From: an uncultured Gammaproteobacteria bacterium
GTDB lineage: Bacteria > Pseudomonadota > Gammaproteobacteria > JBGSLN01
DNA: 64,000 nt
Reading direction: 5' to 3'
NCBI GenBank assembly: GCA_963748135.1
Contig: CAVVHY010000014.1
Coordinates: 13,188 to 77,187 of the forward strand
The translations under genes were made by a program, and so were the position numbers. Each line of letters starts with the position of its first letter. Within the stretch, counting starts at the first letter, position 1. The notes under the pieces were generated by a model that did no database searches, was not told where the DNA came from, and saw only the letters and a list, made by a program, of their open reading frames with translations. This document shows positions 51,339 to 60,362 of the stretch, piece by piece.

Positions 51339-52388
51339 ATGTCAAAGCTAAAGCTTGCAAAAATTTGTAAATCAAGGCATACGACACGTTATTTGGCTCA
51401 TTGTTTACTGATTATCACAAGCCTTTGTCTGGGAACCATCACTTTTGCCCAAGAGCCTACAACGGTCACCCCAACAGACGCGCCTGCAAACGACAATCAA
51501 CAATTAGCCGATGATGGTTTTGGCTCATCCGTGCAAGACAATGATCCACACATCAAATTCAATCGTAATATGTTTCAATTTAATAGTGATTTGGATAAAT
51601 ATATTGCTAAGCCAGTCGCCAAGGGTTATATGACTATCTTTCCACAACAGATTCGAACCCATGTCACCAACTTTTATTCCAATCTCGATAGCCTGCCAAC
51701 CATTGCCAACGATATTCTGCAAGGCAATCTCTATCAAGCCATATCAGACGCTTGGCGTACAGCCATCAATAGTACGATTGGAATTGCTGGCATATTTGAT
51801 GTCGCCAGTCATATTGGGCTTGAACCACATGTCACAGACTTTGGTTTGACGATGGCCAAATGGGGTTGGCGTAACTCATGCTTTTTGGTGTTACCTATTA
51901 TAGGGCCAACCACATTTAGAGATGGCCTTGGCATACCAGTCGATTATTACGCCTTTTCGGGGTACTTTTGGTTTATTGATCAATTTTGGATACGCGCAGC
52001 TTTACTGACAGTTTATTACGTTAATACCCGAGCTAATCTATTGCAATTTGAAGGCTTGATGCAACAAGCTGCATTTGACCCATATATCTTCCAGCGTAAT
52101 GCCTATCTGCAACGACGCCAAGCGTTAATCGATCAAACCCTAGCTGGCCCAGATTGGGATACCATCGATGCGCAATACGATGAATTAGTGCAACCAAAAT
52201 CCTTGGTTCAAGTTTATGGTTTTCCAACTGCTCAAAGCTACCTATTTGAAGACTTAGATGCTGATGCTGATTATGATCATCACGCTATGCATCATCACCA
52301 CCGTGGTTATCATTATGACAAGTTTGGCCATCGCCAGCCTAACCACAACCACCACAATGAACATGGATCATTAATACCATTGGCATGA
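51339..52388 (+). CDS. mlaA: MlaA/VacJ family outer-membrane lipoprotein with His-rich C-terminal extension
   Basis: 349 aa. The core DPHIKFNRNMFQFNSDLDKYIAKPVAKGY...GIAGIFDVAS...DFGLTMAKWG is MlaA-like. The C-terminal 45 aa (52251-52385) are Asp/His-rich. Confidence 0.8.
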   Translation: MSKLKLAKICKSRHTTRYLAHCLLIITSLCLGTITFAQEPTTVTPTDAPANDNQQLADDGFGSSVQDNDPHIKFNRNMFQFNSDLDKYIAKPVAKGYMTIFPQQIRTHVTNFYSNLDSLPTIANDILQGNLYQAISDAWRTAINSTIGIAGIFDVASHIGLEPHVTDFGLTMAKWGWRNSCFLVLPIIGPTTFRDGLGIPVDYYAFSGYFWFIDQFWIRAALLTVYYVNTRANLLQFEGLMQQAAFDPYIFQRNAYLQRRQALIDQTLAGPDWDTIDAQYDELVQPKSLVQVYGFPTAQSYLFEDLDADADYDHHAMHHHHRGYHYDKFGHRQPNHNHHNEHGSLIPLA

Positions 52389-52395
52389 TTAACAC

Positions 52396-52860
52396 ATGTT
52401 ACAAGTCGCATTACTAGAGCCTGAAATCCCACCGAATACTGGCAACATTATTCGCTTGTGTGCCAATACTGGAACTCTACTCCATTTAATCAAGCCATTG
52501 GGATTTGAATTAGATGACAAGCGCATGCGCCGTGCAGGATTAGATTATAGTGAATGGGCCGATGTCCAAGTCCATGAGGATTATCAGAGTTTTATCACGA
52601 AGGTTAAACCCAAACGCATTTTTGCCTGCTCAACCAAAGGCAAGACCCAATATGCAGACAATGTCTATCAAGAAGGGGATTTATTCTTATTTGGACCAGA
52701 GACCCGTGGCTTGCCGAAAGCAATCTTGGATCAAATGGGTGCACCGAACGTGATTCGCATCCCGATGCTTGCAACCAGCCGTAGCTTGAATTTGTCTAAC
52801 GCCTGCGCCGTGATATTGTATGAAGCGTGGCGCCAGTTAAATTTTAAAGGGATGGTGTGA
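52396..52860 (+). CDS. trmL: tRNA (cytidine/uridine-2'-O)-methyltransferase TrmL (SpoU/YibK)
   Basis: 154 aa. [26 protein letters not shown]...[10 protein letters not shown]...[18 protein letters not shown]. Confidence 0.85.
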   Translation: MLQVALLEPEIPPNTGNIIRLCANTGTLLHLIKPLGFELDDKRMRRAGLDYSEWADVQVHEDYQSFITKVKPKRIFACSTKGKTQYADNVYQEGDLFLFGPETRGLPKAILDQMGAPNVIRIPMLATSRSLNLSNACAVILYEAWRQLNFKGMV

Positions 52861-52909
52861 TTAATTTGAGGGGTTGTTTTAATTAGAAACCCCATCCCAA
52901 GACTTCCGT

Positions 52910-52925
52910 TTAAGTTTTTGTTAAG
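52910..52925 (+). promoter_or_regulatory. PmrA-box-like direct repeat TTAAG-N6-TTAAG upstream of kinase 1
   Basis: TTAAG at 52910-14 and 52921-25 (11-nt period). A candidate -10 tatcat lies 10 nt downstream (52936-52941). The same motif with the same spacing is upstream of kinase 2. Confidence 0.35.
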
Positions 52926-53004
52926 CTTAAAGGAATATCATTAGCTAAACCATGCTTAGAATTGAATAATTGAATACCTTAGAGTTTAGTGAATACCCTG
53001 GAGC

Positions 53005-54720
53005 TTGAGCTTGCCAAATATACGTCGAATACACATAGCGACCGACATGGATGAACAATCACGTTTGGCCATGTATGCCGCCTTCGAGCAAATCTATAAA
53101 ACCAATCCACAAGATCAATCGCGTCGTTACATCCATGGGAACATAATTCTCGTACCAGCTGATCCAAATGACCCCGACTCGATACAGCTTATTGCACTCC
53201 AGATAGATGACCGACCCATTGATGTAACATACAGCTATCAGGGTAAATCCATAACTGAGCAAGTTGTTTTACCCTATGCCGTATTTATGCGCCCATCAAA
53301 AGACCCAAAAAAGCGAAACCATTTTCATTACCATGTATTGTCCCTTAAACCATTAGGAAGCGGGGCCTTTGCGTCTGCCTTTACTGATGAGTTTGATATC
53401 TCTCGCAAAAATAACAAAATCATCGTTGAAGAATCTAATAGAAAAGCTTTAAAGATCTATAAAAATACCCCTGAGCCGACTGCGAGAAACGAACACGACA
53501 GAATGAATCAAGCCTACCCTTATAAAAGGGGCTCGAAAGGTCATGCACGAGGAAAACATAAGGTTGGCTTAGTTTCACATTATAATGGATCAGTTCGCCG
53601 CAACATACTCTACGGCAAGCGTTTTAAAGGGGTCCCCTTATTGGATGCACTATGTAATTATCAATTCAGTTACCCCGAACGATTATTGATTATTAATAAT
53701 CTTATTCGAGAACTGATGCTGTTACATAAACGCGGCGTCCTGCATCGAGACCTCAAACTTGAAAATATCATGTTTGATCCCATAACATTTAAGGTAAAGA
53801 TCATCGATTTTGGTCTTTCCGATGAAATGTCTAACATTTCTGAGAGAGTATCAGGTTCACCTTTTATGCTGGGACCAGAAACTCTATCTCTCAAGACTGG
53901 CGCAGTTAAACAAGATCTTAGTAAACTTGATCATTATGCCTTAGCCGGAATAATCGCAGAGATTCTAGGCGGAAATGCAACCGACGATAAAGCCGCAGAA
54001 ACAATAAGGCTGATAAATGCAAAGATTAATAATGTAACAAGTGTAATCAAGACTCCGTACAATTTTAATGATTTAACAAATTCAACAATCATAGATGCTA
54101 ATGACAAAGCAGAGATAATTACGTGGCTGCAACAATTATCAGCAGATGACCCAAAAGATCGACCAGATCTAAACTTTATTTCAGAAAAATTCGCTGGCTT
54201 GTTAAAGCCATACCGTGATGATAGTAAAGAACAATTAATTACCCTTATCGAGCGTGCTGAAGAGCCTTTAAAAAAATACGAAGGCAAACGTTTTGAAAAA
54301 ATTGCAGCTTACCAAGCTAAATTGGGTTGCATTAAAAATAATTTAACAGCTAATCCAGAGAATCTATTGACACCGGGAAGTAAACAAATACATTTTAATA
54401 ATTATAAAAAAGCATTTATTGCTTTAGATAAGATTATTAATAGCAACGAATTTACTGAAGCTTCCATCCAAGCTGAATTTGGAGAACATCAGGACTATTG
54501 TTTTTTTTCATTGAAGGCCATGCTCTTTAAATTAAAATCCTGGTGGCCACATATTTTAGGGGGCTCTAGTAAAGGTGAATTATTATCAAAGCATGGATGG
54601 CATAATACTAATAGTTTAAATTGTGCTATCGAATATAGGAAACAAGCCCTCAAACTTTATGAGAATTTAAAGAACCATCCTGCAAACTTATCAACTAAAC
54701 AAACCGTGGGCATAAGCTAA
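53005..54720 (+). CDS. Eukaryotic-like (Hanks-type) Ser/Thr protein kinase, paralog 1
   Basis: 571 aa. G-loop LGSGAFASAF, Lys in ALKIYK, HRDLKLEN (53743-53766), DFG (53806-53814), GPE, DHYALAGII. TTG start as listed; conservation with paralog 2 extends upstream of the first internal ATG. Confidence 0.8.
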   Translation: MSLPNIRRIHIATDMDEQSRLAMYAAFEQIYKTNPQDQSRRYIHGNIILVPADPNDPDSIQLIALQIDDRPIDVTYSYQGKSITEQVVLPYAVFMRPSKDPKKRNHFHYHVLSLKPLGSGAFASAFTDEFDISRKNNKIIVEESNRKALKIYKNTPEPTARNEHDRMNQAYPYKRGSKGHARGKHKVGLVSHYNGSVRRNILYGKRFKGVPLLDALCNYQFSYPERLLIINNLIRELMLLHKRGVLHRDLKLENIMFDPITFKVKIIDFGLSDEMSNISERVSGSPFMLGPETLSLKTGAVKQDLSKLDHYALAGIIAEILGGNATDDKAAETIRLINAKINNVTSVIKTPYNFNDLTNSTIIDANDKAEIITWLQQLSADDPKDRPDLNFISEKFAGLLKPYRDDSKEQLITLIERAEEPLKKYEGKRFEKIAAYQAKLGCIKNNLTANPENLLTPGSKQIHFNNYKKAFIALDKIINSNEFTEASIQAEFGEHQDYCFFSLKAMLFKLKSWWPHILGGSSKGELLSKHGWHNTNSLNCAIEYRKQALKLYENLKNHPANLSTKQTVGIS

Positions 54721-54829
54721 AGAAATCTGTCATATCATAGTCATAGATACAATCATTTCCGCACGACCTTCATTCGTCCGTCTATTTTTTTTACACTTTC
54801 CCTTCAGTGAAACGAGAATAGTAATTTAT

Positions 54830-54845
54830 TTAAGCTTTTGTTAAG
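54830..54845 (+). promoter_or_regulatory. PmrA-box-like direct repeat TTAAG-N6-TTAAG upstream of kinase 2
   Basis: TTAAG at 54830-34 and 54841-45 (11-nt period). A candidate -10 taaact lies 10 nt downstream (54856-54861). Confidence 0.35.
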
Positions 54846-54907
54846 CTCGAAGAGTTAAACTAATCTTTGATGAAGTCTATGATTGACTAATCCAGGGGGA
54901 CTAAAGG

Positions 54908-56671
54908 GTGTCAACTTTCCGTAAGCGTCTGAAAAAGCGTCAAAAAAAGTTTGAGATTCCTAACATTATCATATCTACAGACATGGATGGGCAATCACGT
55001 GTTGCCATGTTTGCTGCCTTAGAAAAAAGCTTTGCCGAAAATCCTGAGTCATATATCCACGGTAGTATCCTTGAAACCGAGGATCATTTGGAACTCCAGA
55101 AAAATGAAGAACCTATTCAAATAACATACACTTACCAGGGGAAAATGTTTACTGAAAGAGTTGTGCTACCCTATGTCGTATTTAAACGCCCTGCTAAAAA
55201 CAACGACAACCCAACTCATTTTCATTATCACGTATTACGGGAAAAAGAATTAGGTTCAGGTGGATTTGCCACTACCTTCGAGGATAAATTTGATATTTAT
55301 CGTAATCAACAAAATGCAATTATTATCAAAGAGGGTTCTCGCAAGGTATTCAAGATTTATAGCAATCCTAAAGATGAAACTGCAACAAATGAATTAGCGA
55401 GATTGAAGCAAGCTTACCCTGCCAAGCAAAAGCCACACCAAAATCATCCTCCTAAGAAAAAGGTTGGCTTAGTAACACATAAGACTGGCAAGGAACAGCG
55501 GAAAATACTCTACGCTAAGCGCTTTAAAGGCATTGCTCTTCATGACGCACTCAATGATGATAAATATAATTTTAGCTACCCTGAGAGATTATTAATTATT
55601 TGTAATCTCATCCAAGCCCTCATACGCTTACATAAGCGTGGGGTTCTTCACCGAGATTTAAAAACCGAAAATATTATACTTGATCCAGATACATTTAAAG
55701 TCAAAATAATTGATATGGGACTTGCCGATCCAATGGATGATATCAAAATGGACTTTTGTGGTACTTATCTTATTCTGGGACCTGAAAGTAGGCACCTATT
55801 AACAGAACAAAACTCCACGTGCGATTTAAGCAAACTAGATCATTTTAGCTTAGCGAGTATAATCACTGAGATTTTACAGGGCAATCCTTTCACTTATAAG
55901 CAAAATGTAGAACGGCTTAAAGATTTATACGAGCTTCCTACTTCTGGAGATCCCTATTATTTCGGAGAAACCGTCTTTCTCAAACTCATGTTATTGACAG
56001 CTTATGATTTTAACGATATAAAAAACTCAAACGATATTCCTGACACAGATAAATGGCGAATCATAAAATGCCTCGAACAACTATCAGCACCTAAACCCAG
56101 TAAACGACCCACATTACGTCAAATCAGCATAAATTTTAATGCCTTATTGCAACCTTACCTCAGAGAGAGTCAACAACAGTTAGAATTACTGGAGGCTATT
56201 GAGCACGCTGAAAGCAAACTTAATCCTTACCGTGGCAAAGGACAACACGCACAAGGAATTGCAGAGTATCATGCAGAGCTACGCAACATAAAACTTAAAT
56301 TGGCTCCCTATGTATTGGGGGATGAATCAAAACAAGGATCAAACAAAGAACAACTTAAAGTGCTTCAAAAGGCATCAACAATAATTAAGAATCGCATTAG
56401 TAGCGAAGAATTTACTGATGCAACAACGTATCAAGCTAAGTTTGGGGTACATAGAAGTTATGCCTTATTTTCATTTAAGGCCATGCTCTTTAAACTAAAA
56501 TCATGGTGGCCCAATCTACTCGGGGGTTCAAGTAAGGCTGAATTAATGGCTAAGCATGGCTGGCATAATACTAATAGTTTAAATTGTTTTCTCGAATATA
56601 GAAAAGAGATCCAAACAGTTGAAAAATGTTTGGATAACACAATTAAAACGATGACAGCTGGTTGTGCGTGA
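54908..56671 (+). CDS. Eukaryotic-like Ser/Thr protein kinase, paralog 2 (DFG replaced by DMG)
   Basis: 587 aa with a GTG start. LGSGGFATTF, KVFKIYS, HRDLKTEN (from 55649), DMG (55712-55720), GPE. Collinear with paralog 1 over the full length. Confidence 0.8.
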   Translation: MSTFRKRLKKRQKKFEIPNIIISTDMDGQSRVAMFAALEKSFAENPESYIHGSILETEDHLELQKNEEPIQITYTYQGKMFTERVVLPYVVFKRPAKNNDNPTHFHYHVLREKELGSGGFATTFEDKFDIYRNQQNAIIIKEGSRKVFKIYSNPKDETATNELARLKQAYPAKQKPHQNHPPKKKVGLVTHKTGKEQRKILYAKRFKGIALHDALNDDKYNFSYPERLLIICNLIQALIRLHKRGVLHRDLKTENIILDPDTFKVKIIDMGLADPMDDIKMDFCGTYLILGPESRHLLTEQNSTCDLSKLDHFSLASIITEILQGNPFTYKQNVERLKDLYELPTSGDPYYFGETVFLKLMLLTAYDFNDIKNSNDIPDTDKWRIIKCLEQLSAPKPSKRPTLRQISINFNALLQPYLRESQQQLELLEAIEHAESKLNPYRGKGQHAQGIAEYHAELRNIKLKLAPYVLGDESKQGSNKEQLKVLQKASTIIKNRISSEEFTDATTYQAKFGVHRSYALFSFKAMLFKLKSWWPNLLGGSSKAELMAKHGWHNTNSLNCFLEYRKEIQTVEKCLDNTIKTMTAGCA

Positions 56672-56754
56672 GGCAAAACTTGACCGTGCTTTAGGGTCTG
56701 CTTTCAATTCAGTAGCTTGATTTACTGTGAAAACAATAGATGTGTTGATACATT

Positions 56755-57621
56755 TCAATCCAACTCCAAACGATAATTCCGACGGTGTAGATTTCGTAAG
56801 TATAAAATAATACTCGCCGCAACCGAGACATTTAATGATTCCACATCTTTTGCAATTGGGATCTTAGCCTTGATGTCAGCCGCATCCATTAATGCTTGTT
56901 CGCAACCTTCTTTTTCACTGCCAAAGATCATTGCCAATCTTGCCTTGTCTTGAATGACATCCTCAATTACTTTATCAGTATGTGATGTGGTTACTAAGAT
57001 TTTTATCTGCTGTGTTTTACAAAATTGAATAAATTCCTGAGTTGAGACACTAAATACTGGTACCTTAAAGACAAAACCTCGACTGGCACGAATGACTCGG
57101 CGATCATAAGTATCAATTGGATCACTGTCTAATAAGACCATGGCGCCAATATCCAATGCTGCCGAGGTTCTAAGGATAGCACCCACATTACCACTGATGG
57201 TTAATCTATCCAATACAATAATATCATTATTTATTTTTGCTAAATCTGCTAGCGATAAGGCGCTTGGCATTTCGACAGTCGCAAATAGCCGGGACATCTT
57301 TTCACCGCCAAATAATTTTTTACCCGTGCGTTTAGCAAGCTCGATAACGGGAACCTTCGCTGGTAATTGTTGACGTAATTCAGACGTTAATTGATCACCA
57401 TCAGTTGCGATAATCTTATTAAATTTAATATTTGATTTAAGTGCTTGAATAATATTTTCTTCATCATCAATAATAATTTGGCGTTTAAGTTTACGGCCTT
57501 CCCGGGTTAATAATTCGCGAATTTCTTGTGCCAAAGGATGATTAAGTGAGTCAATAAGATTAGGCTTGAAAGGCACAGAATCTTGTTTACCCGCGGTTTC
57601 ATTTTTGTTTGATGTTTTCAT
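56755..57621 (-). CDS. SpoU/TrmH-family RNA 2'-O-methyltransferase
   Basis: 288 aa. GNVGAILRTSAALDIGAMVLL, MIFGSEKEGC and SLNVSVAASIILY, which are SPOUT class motifs. Confidence 0.8.
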   Translation of the reverse strand: MKTSNKNETAGKQDSVPFKPNLIDSLNHPLAQEIRELLTREGRKLKRQIIIDDEENIIQALKSNIKFNKIIATDGDQLTSELRQQLPAKVPVIELAKRTGKKLFGGEKMSRLFATVEMPSALSLADLAKINNDIIVLDRLTISGNVGAILRTSAALDIGAMVLLDSDPIDTYDRRVIRASRGFVFKVPVFSVSTQEFIQFCKTQQIKILVTTSHTDKVIEDVIQDKARLAMIFGSEKEGCEQALMDAADIKAKIPIAKDVESLNVSVAASIILYLRNLHRRNYRLELD

Positions 57622-57624
57622 AGA

Positions 57625-58614
57625 TCAATAGATTTCTTCTTTAATATCGCGTTGCATTAACTCAGCAACTACTTCCGCAGGCTTTATCGCTTCATGTAGT
57701 AAACGATATACTTGTTCGGTAATTGGCATTTCAACCCCATGCTTCTGTGCCAAGTGATAAACTTCTTTCGCATTACGGGCACCTTCAACGACTTGACCGA
57801 TCTGTTGAAAGGCTTCATCAGCACTGACACCTTGACCTAATGCCAAACCAAAGCGGCGATTACGCGATTGATTATCAGTGCAAGTCAACACTAGATCACC
57901 CACACCAGACAGACCCAAAAAGGTTTCACTCTGGCCACCCAGGCTACGACCCAAGCGCACCATTTCTGCCAAGCCCCTCGTAATCAAGGCGCTCTTGGCA
58001 TTTGCCCCAAGACCTAAGCCATCGGCTATACCAACCGCGATCGCAATAATATTTTTTACTACGCCACCGATCTCGGCACCAATGACATCACTACAGTAAT
58101 AAGGCCGGAAATTTTTATTATGCAACGTTTGTATCAGTTCATTAGCAAAGGCTTTATTTTTACTGGCCAGAGCCACGGCAGTTGGCATCGCGCTGGCAAC
58201 CTCTTTGGCAAAACTCGGTCCCGCAATCAAGGCAAAACAATCATTATGATTAATTTCTTCTTCAAAGACATCATGCATAAATTTACCTGTTTCGCATTCA
58301 AGCCCTTTGGCCGCCAATAAGAATTGTTTATCACCGCAACCAAGGTTCACGAGTTTAATAAATAAAGCACGCACTGCATGACTGGGGACAGCGATAACAA
58401 TTGTTTCTGCATTGGTCATAGCTTCATGAAGATCTGGAGACAAGTTCAGTTGCTCAGGAAATTTAACACCCGGTAAATATTGACTATTCTCACGCGTGTT
58501 TGCCATGGCCTTGATTTTTTCACTATCACGGCCCCAGAGACACACCGAGAAACCATTGCTAGCTAAAAGGATCGCTAATGCAGTGCCCCATGATCCGGCG
58601 CCTAAGCACAGCAA
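57625..58614 (-). CDS. gpsA: NAD(P)H-dependent glycerol-3-phosphate dehydrogenase
   Basis: 329 aa as listed (TTG start). GAGSWGTALA Rossmann motif, NxRFG (QSRNRRFGLALG). A possibly longer N-terminus from ATG 58672 would need a 1-nt frameshift at about 58603 (see findings). Confidence 0.9.
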   Translation of the reverse strand: MLCLGAGSWGTALAILLASNGFSVCLWGRDSEKIKAMANTRENSQYLPGVKFPEQLNLSPDLHEAMTNAETIVIAVPSHAVRALFIKLVNLGCGDKQFLLAAKGLECETGKFMHDVFEEEINHNDCFALIAGPSFAKEVASAMPTAVALASKNKAFANELIQTLHNKNFRPYYCSDVIGAEIGGVVKNIIAIAVGIADGLGLGANAKSALITRGLAEMVRLGRSLGGQSETFLGLSGVGDLVLTCTDNQSRNRRFGLALGQGVSADEAFQQIGQVVEGARNAKEVYHLAQKHGVEMPITEQVYRLLHEAIKPAEVVAELMQRDIKEEIY

Positions 58615-58707
58615 ATGTCGTTAGCCTTTGACTAGTTTTTTGAGTATTAATTGGAACTCCGTTTAAGGCCATCACACACCACTTTAACAACTGAATTAAA
58701 AAAGACC

Positions 58708-59226
58708 TTATTTTTTATCGCCGTCGTCCTTTTTACCTTGCTCTTGTTCTTGTTGTTGCTTTTGATGTTGGGCATATAAGGCATCAAAGTTGATTGGCGC
58801 TAAACTTAATTGTGGAAAACCGCCATTTACAACGATATCTGAAATGCGTTCTCTCGCATAAGGAAAAATGATCGATGGACAAACACTACCTAAAATAGGG
58901 CCCATCTGATCCTTTTCAAAGCGACGTAAAGTGAAAATACCAGCTTGTTTAATCTCGACTAAAAACGCTGTCTTGCTATCAGAGCTAACGGTTGCCGTGA
59001 CCCCAAGGATTACCTCATAGGTATCATCTTCAAGCACATTGCTACGGGTCTGTAAATCCAACTTTAATTCTGGCTTCCATTCATGTTTGAAAACTTCTGG
59101 CGAATTTGGTGATTCAAATGATAAATCTTTGGTGTAGATTCTTTGAATCGCAAATTCGGGTTGATCCGCTTGTTCTTGAGCTTGTATTTTTTCATCTGCC
59201 ACAATAATTCTCCTTTTTGAGATCAA
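58708..59226 (-). CDS. secB: Protein-export chaperone SecB
   Basis: 172 aa. FAIQRIYTKDLSFESPNSP...CPSIIFPYARE, with an acidic/Gln-rich tail. The likely true start is the GTG at 59202, preceded by AAGGAG. Confidence 0.9.
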   Translation of the reverse strand: MISKRRIIVADEKIQAQEQADQPEFAIQRIYTKDLSFESPNSPEVFKHEWKPELKLDLQTRSNVLEDDTYEVILGVTATVSSDSKTAFLVEIKQAGIFTLRRFEKDQMGPILGSVCPSIIFPYARERISDIVVNGGFPQLSLAPINFDALYAQHQKQQQEQEQGKKDDGDKK

Positions 59227-59341
59227 TTTCAGTTCATATTAAAGTTCAAGTTAATCTTGGTCTTTGCCGCATCATACTTAAATTGCTAAACATTGTCATC
59301 TTATCAAATATCTATCTGTAAGATTAGTTTACAAGTATTTT

Positions 59342-59813
59342 ATAGAGACTCTTCATCCCGGTAGAACCCTTCATCCCGGATCAAGTCCAGAATAGGCATT
59401 TAATCCTCTCTCCAAAGGGGGCTGAGAAATCTGCGCATTTTTGTCAAGACAACATTGCTTAAACGCCATCACAGTGCTTAAACGCCCGGGCGTTACTTCA
59501 ACTTGGCGAGCACAGCGAGCTTAGTTGCAGTTTCGACCCGGGATACAGGTTTGATAGCTTTTCATGATAAGATGACTTTGCAATTCCTGGATCCCGGATA
59601 ATAACTGCAAGTAAGCTCGACTATGTCTCGCAAACTTGCAGTAATTTCCGGGATGACGGCGGTGGGGGAATGCCAAGGCATTAGGAAATATAACAACATA
59701 GTTGATGACAGCGGTGCGGGAGTGTCAGCGGTGGGGAAATGTCAACCGTGGAGAAATAGCAAGGCTTTAGGAAAAATCACAACATCGTTGATGACTCCAG
59801 CGGAGAAATGACA
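59342..59813. repeat. Modular structured repeat, copy 3 (with duplicated tail module)
   Basis: Same left module, central hairpin (cgttacttcaacttggcgagc...cgcaaacttgcagtaat) and tail as the other copies. The tail unit ...aggaaa.a..acaacat.gttgatgac occurs twice (about 59650-59710 and 59760-59796). Confidence 0.65.
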
Positions 59814-59817
59814 ATTA

Positions 59818-60249
59818 CTAATCACCCTTTTTGGCCAACGGCAGACTCTCATCACGCCATGCCTTAAGCCCACCTGCTAAGATATGTACATTCTCAAAAC
59901 CCTTGGTCTTTAATTTTTCGCCAAGCTTGGGTGACTGTACTCCACTTGGACATACCAGGATAATCGGTTTCTTTTTATATTTCTGCAATTTATTCGCTGT
60001 TTGCTCGAGATCATTGGCCTCTACATTCTTGGCGCCAACGATATGGCCTTTCTTATATTGTTCGGCTGAACGAATATCAACAACCACGGCATTATCACGA
60101 TTTATCATATTAATCGCTTGCTTTGGTTTAACACGGTTGCCACCGCTCTTGGACATCCGCATTTCGGTGAAGATTATTAAGGCAACGATAATGATAAATA
60201 ATGCCGATAAAAACCAATGCTCGAGAAAAAATTGCGCGTATTGTTGCAT
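59818..60249 (-). CDS. Membrane-anchored rhodanese-domain protein (YibN-like)
   Basis: 143 aa. N-terminal TM, then a rhodanese fold with active-site loop CPSGVQS. Divergent from gpmI as in enterobacteria. Confidence 0.8.
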   Translation of the reverse strand: MQQYAQFFLEHWFLSALFIIIVALIIFTEMRMSKSGGNRVKPKQAINMINRDNAVVVDIRSAEQYKKGHIVGAKNVEANDLEQTANKLQKYKKKPIILVCPSGVQSPKLGEKLKTKGFENVHILAGGLKAWRDESLPLAKKGD

Positions 60250-60362
60250 AATATCTACCTTAAGGTTCTACTATTTACTGTAACTATTCACATATATCTT
60301 TCGCTGTGGGATTATACACACACCTGCTACAATAAGCACTTTTGATTTTGAGAATATAGATC

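Noticed and set aside
52870-52893. Hairpin ggggtt...aacccc after trmL, considered as a terminator
   Set aside because: It has a 6-bp stem, a 12-nt loop and no U tract. The evidence is weak.
59650-59813. Repeated units in the tail of repeat copy 3 that superficially resemble a short CRISPR-like array
   Set aside because: There are only about two imperfect units of unequal length, no regular repeat-spacer periodicity and no cas genes. The same tail module occurs singly in the other copies.
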